A DNA stretch of 63,008 nucleotides, counting the filler, from Olpidium bornovanus S191 (lineage: Eukaryota; Fungi; Olpidiomycota), in NCBI GenBank assembly GCA_017911155.1. It is 28 parts of 28 records of this genome, joined end to end, with 100 filler letters (N's around TTAATTAATTAA, not from the genome) between each part and the next. Parts side by side here need not be neighbours in the genome. Positions count along the whole stretch, not along the records: positions 23,951 to 27,735 come from JAEFCI010005336.1; positions 27,836 to 29,009 come from JAEFCI010011820.1; positions 29,110 to 33,806 come from JAEFCI010001471.1; positions 33,907 to 35,453 come from JAEFCI010011782.1; 24 more parts are not named here. One strand, given 5' to 3'. The position numbers and the translations under genes are program-made. Shown here piece by piece: positions 24,345 to 34,760 of the stretch. Below the pieces are notes generated by a model. It had not been told where the DNA came from. It saw only the letters and a program-made list of their open reading frames with translations, and did not search any database. The first letter of the stretch is position 1. Every line of letters begins with the position of its first letter.

Positions 24345-24492
24345 CGAGGCCACCTGGGAGGATGAGGAAAACCTCGTCAATGCCTTGTCAATACCTCGTC
24401 AATGGGATGACGCCGTCGCAGAATACCTTGAACACAATCCCGACATGCTGCCCACTCTAAACGAGCAAAGTTATCGCCAAGTGCTCAGCTGA
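24345..24492 (+). pseudogene. Chromodomain C-terminal half fragment
   Basis: EATWEDEENLVNA...DAVAEYL matches the chromodomain ..TWEPEENL.N.....EF motif. It is interrupted by an 11-bp unit present three times (24372-24404). Confidence 0.5.
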
Positions 24493-25808
24493 TTCCACGA
24501 CATCCAAGGTTTCGCCCTCGTCATCGCCCGAGGGCTCGGAGTGCCTGAGAACGTCTTCATCGCCTCCAGGCTCAGAGCGCCGAAGGCCCGGTGCAGGTCC
24601 GAAACCCCTAGTCGTCACAAACAACCAAAGACGCCACGGGATCGCGTGAGCCATCGTCAGGCGCCCCTCGTGGCCCCCTGGGAGGTCCATGACGGTCGTC
24701 CCGTGCGGCTCCTCATTTGCGAAGAAAAAGAGGAGGTTGTCCTCTAGCTTAAAGTATACGCCACGAGCCGGCAAGACGAATTCGCCCCCAGAAATGCCCG
24801 GCCCCTCCATGCAGAAAGCCAGGCACAGGTGATTTGCGTCACGATCAACGTGCATGCTGGGCTCGAGAACGGCAAAAAGCATGGCTTGCGTTAGCCCCAT
24901 GATCGAAGCCTCGATGAACGCACAAGAAGGCGCGCAACCAAGATCTATCCCACCTGATAGTTGTGCGCCGTCCACATCGGCAGTGGCGCCGCAGGAAACG
25001 CCTTGTGGAAAACCGAGAGCTCGTCGCTCAGGCACGAATCGTGAGCTTTGACATAGGACAAAAACTCGCCAACGAGGCCATGTTGCGCAGTGCAGTTGGC
25101 CCGAGTAGTTAGCCCTTCCGGCGCAGCTCAAAGGGCCGGCTTCGCGAGGTACTCGTGAAGCTCCTGCACGCCCCGCAGACTGGCCACGCCAAAGCCAGCC
25201 ATCTTCCCATCGGCGCGATGTTGTCAACACGCCGAACTGCTCACTCCAAGCTGAGTTTGAAACAAAACTTGGCACTTACGGAGTCAAGGGTTCGAAGTTG
25301 CCGTTGTCGCAAAGCTCCGCCGGAAGCCCCCGACGATGGCCATGGTGTCGGCATCAAAGATCCAGCATTCTTGCATCTTGCGCTCCGGATCGACCTTTCT
25401 CAGGCACGACAGGGAGACGCATTCCGATGTCGCAGGCACCTTCTCGGACGGCAGGCTGGACATTTGGCACACAGCTCTGGTCGATGAGGAAGGATGAGGC
25501 ACACTGGAGCTCCTTGGCGGCGCGCCAAGGCTTGTGGGTGCCCAGGCTTGGCACGACGACCCCAAGCTTCCTTTACGAGGGAAGCTGAGCTCCCGATCCC
25601 CCAGGAGGGCCCCGAGCCGGTCCCACACGCGTGTCTCCTCAGGCCAAGATAAAGCGTGCTGGCACCATTTCTGCAAGCCCTCTCGGTCGGCCAGCAATAC
25701 CTCCAACGCCCCCGGCACCGTCACCTTGTTGAGAAGGTTGACCAAGATCTGCCCCGGAGCGTGAAAAGACAGAAACGCGTTAGTCGAACGCGCTGACGAA
25801 AAGACCAA
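24457..25808 (-). pseudogene. TET/JBP-family 2OG-Fe(II) dioxygenase, intron-containing, three in-frame TGA stops
   Basis: WIFDADTMAIV..GKMAGFG..HEY..WTAHNYQ, intron 24953-24862 with GCTAAC branch site (acceptor is an uncommon GAG), then PSMHVDRD..LAFCM..GGEFVLPARGV..LLFFFANEEPHGTT..GRLTMA. HxD at 24844-24852, distal His 24703-24705, Arg 24661-24663. TGA at 25284, 25224 and 25128. Confidence 0.75.
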
Positions 25809-25856
25809 AAAGGGCGATGGCGGAGGATGATGCCGGGGACTTCGGACGTCCAGCGT

Positions 25857-26136
25857 CCCCCGGATAATGCTGCGCGCTTGGGATCTCTGCTATGGTGGCC
25901 GACCGTCAGAGGCCCGCGCCCGCACGCCCCCCGGGAGAGCTGCCTTCGGTCCTCCGTGCTGACGCTCTGTGACAGGCAGGGCGCACAGGAAGCCTCCGCA
26001 TGCAGGGCGTCCAGTTGACCCCCGGATAATGCTGTGGGCTTGGGAACTCTGCTACGGTGGCCAGCCGTCAGAGACCCGCGCCCACACGCACTCCGGGAGA
26101 GTCACCTTTGGTCCTCCATGCGTCTGCTCCGTGAGG
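25857..26136. repeat. Imperfect direct repeat, about 115-bp unit, 162-bp period
   Basis: CCCCCGGATAATGCTG...GGTGGCC..CCGTCAGAG.CCCGCGCCC..CCGGGAGAG...GGTCCTCC at 25857 and 26019. Confidence 0.9.
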
Positions 26137-26919
26137 CGAAACGTGTGGCGGCATCCGTGAATTTGTTACGCCCCGTCCGCACCTCAAGTTTAACGCGCAG
26201 ACCTCGGCGCGTGTCGTCAGACTTCCAGGCCTCCGGAACGTGCCAATACTCGCGGACGGTCGCGACAGCGGCGGTCATGGCGGATGAGGGCACGACAAGC
26301 GTCATTCTTTTTTTTTTTTTTTGGTTTTTTTTTGATTGCGTAGGGGCGGAGGGCGGGCGAACCGCGGGCGGCGCGCGCGCACGGGCGAAGCGTATTTTGC
26401 CTTTGGGCAGCCCCAGGCGCCTCCCGCCTTCCGCCTCCCGCCTCCCGCCTCCCCGCTCCCGCCGCGCAACTTCAGCTCCACACCCTTTCTGCGCCACTTT
26501 CCGTGCCGGGAAGTGGGGGGGGGGGGTCGCAGCGCGTGCTCTCCGCCGTTGCGCACATTCGCCCGCACCGGACGATATCCGGCGTACGGCGCCTTTCCGC
26601 TCCGGCCGAGCGCCCGGCGTGCGGCGCCCCATACGCGCGCACACACTGTGCTGCGTGGGTGCGGCCCGCACCGTCTTCCCATCTGGCGGGGCGAGCCACA
26701 CCCGCGCTATGTGTATATAAGGTGTGCCTCCGCGTCCTAGAATGCAGCCCTATTGCCCAACATAATTCGCAGATCCAGACCTTAACTTGACCTCGAGCTA
26801 GACTTAGTTCCTGCCAGATCATTGCCATCCAGATAACGCCGTAACTCTGGCAATCACGTCAAACCCTGAACTGCGGGACGCTGCGGCAGCCGCGCTTACT
26901 GCGGAGGAGCCAGCTACAA

Positions 26920-27735
26920 ACGTAAGAACGACCCATTTTGCCTTCGCCCGCGTACCTTTGAATAACACGTTTTCCCCTGAAGGACGCCGTTCGGGACCGA
27001 AGGTGGAGCGCCCGCGCGGGCAAACGGAAGGTGCGTTTGACGCCAGCTCTTGTCAATCTCTGCGCGCCCTTCGAACTGCGTTAACGTTAACGCGCCCTTT
27101 CCCGGGGTCTGTTTGCAGAGGACCGTCACGGTGATGGCCGAAGGTGAAACGGAGGAAATGGAGCAAAGCGAGTCGGAGTAAGCTGCCGCGCCAACCGCTT
27201 CCGCCTCTGACTCCGCCTCCGCGAATCCTGACGTCCTCGTCGCGGTTGCCTATAGCGAACCTGAGGAAGCCGCTGCGCAAGCCGCCGCCACCGACCCCCG
27301 GGTCCCCGTCCCGAACACAGGACATTTCTATCTGATGGTGGAGGTTGACATGGCGAAGATCCTTCAGTGCGTCCGTTTCTTCGTTTTGCATGCATTAGGT
27401 CTGGACAGTAGAAGTTAACGTTCATTTGCATGCAGGCTGCGAGACCTGCTGGACCCCGTTCCGGGGAACGGAAACTCCACATCCAAATAATCGACTTTGT
27501 TGTCAAGGCCTCGGCACTTGCCTTGAATGATGTGCCAGAGGCAAATAGAGTCTGCAAAAACGATAACTTTCGCCAGTAGGTCATTGCTTTTGTTTGTTTT
27601 GTTGAGACACATTTGTATTTTTTGATAATTTTCTCCGCCCTTTGTAGATTTCGGCATGCCCACATCCGCATTGCCTCGGCCACCACCGACGGTCTGAAAA
27701 CCACAATAGTGCGCAAGGCCGATGAGATCGGCATG
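26920..27735 (+). pseudogene. Highly diverged dihydrolipoamide acetyltransferase (pyruvate dehydrogenase E2)-like fragment
   Basis: GHFYLMVEVDMAKILQ/LRDLL, frameshift, IIDFVVKASALALNDVPEAN..NFRQ/FRHAHIRIASATTDGLKTTIVRKADEIGM matches E2 PHYYLTVE..NDFIIKASALAL..VPE.N..IRQY....VAVAT..GLITPIV..A...GL. Introns 27367-27435 and 27576-27647 keep phase; there is also an upstream stop. Confidence 0.7.
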
Positions 27736-27835
27736 NNNNNNNNNNNNNNNNNNNNNNNNNNNNNNNNNNNNNNNNNNNNTTAATTAATTAANNNNNNNNN
27801 NNNNNNNNNNNNNNNNNNNNNNNNNNNNNNNNNNN

Positions 27836-27911
<76 letters not shown>

Positions 27912-28458
27912 AAAAAAAAAAAAAAAGGCTGCATCCATCCCCGGCGGTCCCCCCTCTCCCTCCCCTTCCGTCACACACACACACCCACACACACACACAC
28001 ACCCGCACACCCGCACACAACTGATACGCGCACGCACCCACCGCCGCCTTCCGGCTCGCCAAAAAAGAAAAAGCCGAGCCGAAAACGGAGAGAGGGCCGG
28101 GAAAGTGGGGCTCGCTTCTCGCGCGCAAGGAGGACGAGGTGCGTAGAGCGCACGCGTCGGATGTGCCAGGCCCCTCCGGCAAGCGAAGAGGGCGCGAAAG
28201 ACTGCCCCGCGCGCGACGAGAGACAACCGCCACCGGTCGCCCATGCCCACCGCCTTCGCGCCGTGTCTGCCGTCGGTCCAACACGTGACGTCGGGAAGAG
28301 CGGAAAACCGCCGATCAAATTCCTGCGGGTGAGGGCGAAAGAGAGCGAGGGAAGATAGAGAGAGTGGCGAGAGATGGGGGGAGGAAGAGAGAGAGGAGGG
28401 CGTGGAGAGTGGGCCGGAGAAGGGGCGCGACCTGCTGCCCTTCAATATCGACGCCGGA

Positions 28459-29009
28459 AATGCTCTACGACGTGCTCAGTCGTTTGCTGGTTTTGTTTCC
28501 GCTTTTCGGAGTAATGCTGGTAAAGCGCCTGACGTCGTTTCGTCACTTTCGTGATCTGTACCTAGCAGGTTTTGGGCGCGCGATGGAGGGCGTACTACCC
28601 AAGATAATTTTTGGCCTTCTGTCGCTGGCGGTGCGGCCGCTGGAAATGTTGTACAACATCGTCTACACTATACTGAACGCAATCCTGCTGCGCCCGCTAC
28701 TCAGCATCTTGTGGGCAAGCAAGGTCGTGTTTTTCGACGTCCCGTACCAGGTGCTTTCTGCTCTTTCTCCGGGCCTGATATTCCTCACGGTGGCCGCGGT
28801 AACCGGCCTCTTGCTCGGCGGCGTCGCCGGTGTGCTGAGCGAGGGCATCACCCAGGTGCTGTGCGGGCCGAGCGCCCCGCACGTTGCGGCGGACGCAGAG
28901 GACTCGGCCGGCTATTACGACGAGGAGGACTTGGAGCCTGCGTTCGACGGCGAAGAAGAGGAGGAGGTGGTGGACGACGAGCCTCCGGCTCCCCCGGAGC
29001 GGTTCATGA
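28459..29009 (+). CDS. Hypothetical multi-pass membrane protein with acidic C-terminal region, 3' partial
   Basis: Open frame with hydrophobic segments (LIFLTVAAVTGLLLGGVAGVL) followed by a D/E-rich tail. Confidence 0.65.
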
Positions 29010-29109
29010 NNNNNNNNNNNNNNNNNNNNNNNNNNNNNNNNNNNNNNNNNNNNTTAATTAATTAANNNNNNNNNNNNNNNNNNNNNNNNNNNNNNNNNNN
29101 NNNNNNNNN

Positions 29110-32100
29110 GCTGCGGACCGAGGACTCGCCGGACATCAAGCCGTACACCTTCCAAACCCAGCGCGACCCGATCGTCGTGCCCCTGGGTCCCGATTTGTCG
29201 AAGCTCTGCGACTCCTTCAAAAAGGTCATGATGGTGTTCTCGGCGCGGCTCTGCCGCAGCGGCGTCCTGCGTTCGCCCGACCCGTCCGCCCTCACGCGGT
29301 TCGCCGTGATGACGGCCCGCGACGTCTTTCGGAGGAACCACGCGCGGAGCATGCCGCAGGCGCAGAAAGCCCTCGTCGAGGGAGACGCCGCCGTCCTCGC
29401 GTCGCTCGCCCACTGCCTCAACCTCCTGCTCTGCCACGGGGTGCGGCCGTTCCATAGTTCGCTGACCCACTACGTGTACGGCGACGGAGGCGGCGAAGAC
29501 AATCGCGGCAACAAGGGCAGCAAGGCCCGGAGGGAGCTCCTCGCCAGCCGCGACCTGCGCGACGTACTGGGGATGGCCGGGGTTATGATCGCGGACCCCC
29601 TTTTCGCCGGCCATCCGAAGCTCGACAGGCTGACCGGGATCTTGCTGGACCACTTTTCGAAGCACGAAGACTGCCGGAACGAGGCGGCCGGCGGCGAACC
29701 CGACCCCCAGACGCGCGTCATGGTGTTCTCGCAGTACCGCGAATCCGTCGAAGACATCGTCTCGGTTCTCAAACGTAGCCAACCCATGATCAGGCCAATG
29801 CAGTTTCTCGGGCAGGCAAGCGGCCGCAGCGGCAAGGGGCTAACGCAGAAAGAACAGGTGGATATAATAAATAGCTTTCAGACAGGCAATCACAACGTGC
29901 TTGTGTCGACGTCGATCGGCGAGGAGGGCCTTGACATCGGCGAGGTGGACCTAATCGTCTGCTACGACAGTCAGAGCTCACCCATCCGAATGGTACGAAA
30001 AGAAGTTCTGAAAAAAAAAACCCCGTCCATTTTCGTGTCTTAATGACGTTTTATTTTGACTCATTGTCGACATTTTCAATTGTTTCTAGCTGCAAAGAAT
30101 GGGACGTACTGGGAGGAAGCGACAGGGAAGAATTGTATTTCTTCTAACGAAGGGCAAGGAAGAGGAAAACTGGAAGCGCTCGCAGATCAATTACAAGCAC
30201 CTGCAGAAGGCCATCGCGGACGGGAACAAGATTGCGCTTCTCTCTAACAGCCCTTACGTCCTCCCTGAGGGTGCCAAACCCGGGTGCATAAAGCGGGCGC
30301 TCGTAATCCCGGATTATGAAGTGGCAGAGAGAGTCCGCAAGAGTCGAAGCGCAGCCAGCAACAGGGACTCGGCTGGTGACTGCGGTTCGCCGTTCCTCAC
30401 TGCCGAAGAGGCGGACGAGCACCAGCGGTTGTTCTTGAACCCGCTGCACGCCCGTCGACGGCCGGCGCAGTCCGCGAACGCGCCGGCGGATCCGCCCGGG
30501 TTCACCAGAGTTTCGCTGTTGCTCCGCGAAAGGGACGCGGGAGCCGAGGATATCGAAGACGGGCCGGCGCGCAAACCCGAGTTCAGCAAGGACTTCCGGC
30601 GAGAAGCGCTGCCCACGGCGACCCACCGCGTGCAACACGCCAAGCGGACGCTGGAGTTCTGCCAGATCACCGGCGAGCTGGAGGCGGAGGCGGCGGGCCT
30701 CGGCGGCTACCACCGGAAGATAGTAAGCCACGAGCGGGGGCTCGTAATAGAGGACGTGATCGCCGACGAGCGCCCCGTCGACCGGAGGGTCAGGAAGAAC
30801 GACGGGAGCGCCGCGCTTCCGATCGCCTCCGACTCCGACTTCGAATCCGAGCGCGACCGCGCGCCGCTTGACTCCCCGTCCGGGGCCGCAGCCCGCGAGG
30901 CCGAACTGTTGGCGTCGGTCAACCGGTCGCTCAGGCGGCCGATCGCGGGAATCGACGCCCAGCTCACGGACGATGACGAGCTCCGGTGCTCGCAGGGAAT
31001 GTTTGCCGGCATCGGATCTGATGGCGAGGACAGCTGCTTCGGTTCGGACGACGACCTGTCGATGATTTCTAAACCCGCCCCGAGCAAAGGCGTCGGAGCG
31101 AACAGGACGAATAAGGCCTCGAACCGCCGCGCACCTGCCGCGGATGGCGCGGGCGCCGGCCCGCCGCCCCCGCCGCCGGCCGACGTCGAGACCGAACGCC
31201 GCCACTCGGCCTCAGACTTCGGCTCCTGTCTCGGGCCGACGTCTCCCGGCTGTCACGAGAGCGTCGGCTTCGATTTCACCGCGGACTTTACAGGCGAAGG
31301 ATTTCCCGACCTCGACGACGACGGCGGCCGCCGCGGGTCTCCAACTCTCGAAAGTCCTTCGCGCCGCGGAGTGGCTCCGGCTGCCGCTTCGAGAGCGCGG
31401 CGCCTTTCTGTTCCCGGTAAGGTCACGAGTGAGCGAAGCAAGCGCATCAGATGGGGCGAACTCTAACGAGCTTGGTGAACAAAACCCAGCAGACCGAGTC
31501 GGTGGCCTTGAGCGGAGCGCCACTTCGGGGTTCGTATTTGGCGTGCCGATACAAACCCGAGGCCGAGGCCTGCCGGGTGCGTCCGCGGTAGAATGCAGCG
31601 CGCAGGACTGTTACACGGCGATAGGTCGGAAGATCCGGAGACTGGACGCCGCCAACCCTGCCAGGTGAGGCGTTTTGCTTCGCGCGACGTGTTCTTTTCA
31701 GCCCGGCGAGAATACGATTTTTGAAACGCCCGAGACACCATGCGCGCGGCGCGAAACCCCGCGCTTTCCTGACGCTGTTTGAACATTTTCCAGTTTCAGC
31801 ATGACATGTAAAGGTTTGGACAAGGTAGAATTGCCATGCGTCAAGCGAGAAGAGGCCAGAAGCAGTGACAGCGCGGTCGACGGCGGCGGCGGCGGCGGCG
31901 GCGTCGACGACGACGACGATCCATTCGCTGCCGATTTTGAAGATCCGGCTCTCCACGAATTCTTTTCCGTCCCGCACGCTTTCGATGAGGCGCAGGTATT
32001 CAAAACTCAGCGACCCGCCGCCAAAGAGAATCCTGCCCGGGGAAGCGCGGCCGCCGCCGCTGGAAGCGACCGCGCACCGGGCCTCGGTCGCGATGCCGCC

Positions 32101-33468
32101 GAGAGTGCCGAGTACACCCCGCCTATCGACGAGCCGGCTGATGAGGAAGACCTGCTGTTCGCGTGCTTTGAGACGGAGGGACCGGCGCCGCGCCCTGGGA
32201 AGGTGGACGAGGCTTCTGCGGATGGGTTCACCGCGGAGCGCCGTTTACCGGCCCGAAAGGAGGATGAAGGAACCGCTGCCTATGGTGAGGCCGGACAGGG
32301 CGCTGCCATCGAAGGTGATGAGGTGATGGAGTGGGACTTTGAAGAGATCGACGACGCGCTGTTCGCCGAGGAGAACTTTGGAGGATATACGGTGAAACTG
32401 GGCCCGGAGCTCGCTGCAGGCGCCGGAGGACGGACGCCTTCTCTCTCCGGTAATGTCGGCACTGCAAGCGCAGACGCGAAGAGAGCCGTTTCTTCGCGGA
32501 GTGCGCCCGGGGACCGGGACAGTACCTATTCAAGTCCCGCGGGGCGAGCGGAACCTTCGCAAAAGATGACCATGGCGATCACGACACCTCGGTTCAAAGT
32601 GCCTGCGCCCCAAATCTCTAGCACGGTATTGCGGCAGCAGTCGCGTCAGACGCCGGAGGGATCGCCACTCGAAACGCAGATGCCGCGAATCCCGCGCAGG
32701 CGGAACTGCCCGGCGAAGGCGGCGGCGAGAGATGCCGAACGGAACCGCCGGTCGTCCCCCTCAGCCGCCGCCGGCACGCCCGAGGGAAAAAAGCTCAAGC
32801 GCCTCAGGAAAGGCAGAGCGGAACACGCTGGAGAAACGCGGGCGGAAGGACCGTCGTGCGCGGCCGCCGCGCCCGACTCTCGCTCACGTCGCGACGTCGG
32901 GGAAAGGCCCGCAGAAATGGCCCGGACCAAGCGCCGCCGCGCGATTGCGGCGAGCCGGTTTGTCGACCTCGAGGCCGAGGAGTCCGACACCGACGGACCG
33001 CCGTGGTCGTCGTCCGACCGCGAGGTGGAATTCGCAAACGGCACTGACGGGAGCCTGAACAGCTTCATCGATGACGCCACGCAGCCGGCCGCCAACACCT
33101 CCGTCGAAGGCTTAACGTCGCCTTCGGCCGTCAACATGCAGGCGTTCTACCGGCGGTCCCTCCTGAGCCCCGGGAACGACGGCGGCCTCTTTCGCCAGCC
33201 GGGGGGCATCTACGGCGGCGGGAGATTTAGAATGAGGTACGGAGCTGTCGGGCCCTGCGCGAGCTCGCCGATCACGGAACGGCGGAGCGACGACGAATAC
33301 GACGCGAGTTTCGTGGTCGACGACGACGCCAGCCTCGTCTTCGACGACGACGCGTCCGCCGGGAACCTGCCGGACGACGTCACTCCGGTGTCGAGGACGA
33401 AGCGGGGCCGCGCCGCCGCGCTGCTTTCGTCGCCGACGCGGCCTAGCGCGAAGAACGCGCGGACGTGA
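29110..33468 (+). CDS. FANCM: FANCM/Mph1-family DNA helicase, 5' partial
   Basis: RVMVFSQYRESV, FLGQASG..GLTQKEQ, VLVSTSIGEEGLDIGEVDLIVCYDSQSSPIRM/LQRMGRTGRKRQG (intron 29993-30089). Further in-phase introns 31417-31489 and 31665-31799. C-terminal RFVDLEAEES..SFIDD..MQAFYRRSLLSP motif. Confidence 0.95.
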
Positions 33469-34429
33469 GCGGTTTTTACCCTTCGGCGGGCAAAGCCGGG
33501 CGAATCTCCTTCGAACCGCGACCTCTCCGCAAAAGTGCTGTTGGGCAAGGAGGAGGAAGCGTGCGTCGGGAGGATATCACAGCGCCCGTGGGGGGTTTCG
33601 ACCCTGCCCGGTGGGCGAGCTTCTCCGGTTTTCGCTCTTTCTATCTCTCTCTACTTTTTTTTTTTTTTTTTTTTGCTTGGAAAACCATGTACGCTGACAC
33701 GTCGCGCTGCGGCAAAAGCGCCTCGAGGTACTTCCTGACGTTCTTCAGTTCGCGGTCTGCGCCGGAGGCCGCGGACGCCAAGTCGAAGGACTTGAGAAGC
33801 ACGCAANNNNNNNNNNNNNNNNNNNNNNNNNNNNNNNNNNNNNNNNNNNNTTAATTAATTAANNNNNNNNNNNNNNNNNNNNNNNNNNNNNNNNNNNNNN
33901 NNNNNNCATGACCGGGCCGGCTGGTCACCCCGGCAACGTCTTTCTTCCCCGTTTTCCACCTTCCAAAATGGGCGAGAGGACTTGACGAATGGTCGGCAAA
34001 ATTTTTAGCGAAGTTTTGCGCGGCGAACCGGTCATTTGACCTGCAGACCGCGGGGAAATTCAGGTCCGCCGTGCCATAAAAACCCGTCTTTCTCGCAGCA
34101 ATCGCTCCGCGATTGGCTGATAACTACTGGCATTATTGGGCGAACAACTCTGGACTGCCTTTTTAAGGACGCATCAGTATGGCATGTGCTGGGCGAGCGG
34201 CCGGAATATTCGCCGTGTAATGTTTAGATCGCCGAAAAAGGCGGCTCCGCCTAGATCTGACGCCAGCCATGACTAGGGCATCGTCGGATCATGCCTTCCA
34301 GCAAGGGCCAACATCGCGTACCCGGTGTGAATCGGGCACCGGCAGGCACAATCTTGATCGCCATACACGACAAACCCGCGTCCCGGTGATGTATCCTGAG
34401 AAGTTCGCAGCGATGCCTGCTACCCGCAA

Positions 34430-34760
34430 GCGAGGAGGAACACCACACCAACGGGCCCACAAAGGACCTATGATATGGGCTGGGGGTTGGTGGCATTAAG
34501 CCAAGTCAAATGGAGCGCAGCTGCAAGAGCACAGTGTTGAGTGTTTGGAAAATTCCTTCCACGCTCCTTTCTCTGTTAGACACTCTGGGGAGTCACGTTC
34601 TCTCAGCTTGATCCCTTTGTGCGTGTATGAGTCGATCTGCGCTCCCCGCGCTTTGCTTCTTCTTTTGGCTACTCCGCAAGTGCACGAGGGGGCCAGTTTG
34701 TTCGGAAGGTTTTGGAACTCTCGGGGAGCATTTTGACGGAAGGATGGCACGTTTTTGCGA
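34430..34760 (-). mobile_element. Possible Gypsy-type integrase remnant
   Basis: APREFQN, GIKLRERDS, frameshift, PRVSN..VEGIFQTLNTVL, then PSPY; loosely matches rve P.E..SD..GI.H..TSPY.PQSNG.VER...TL..ML. Confidence 0.3.

Noticed and set aside
19367-25808. Methyltransferase and TET/JBP as a physically linked writer/eraser cluster
   Set aside because: They are separated by the artificial linker at 23851-23950; only co-occurrence in one assembly is supported.
26712-26722. TATATAA as a TATA box
   Set aside because: No supported start or transcript nearby; the flanking genes are decayed, so function cannot be argued.
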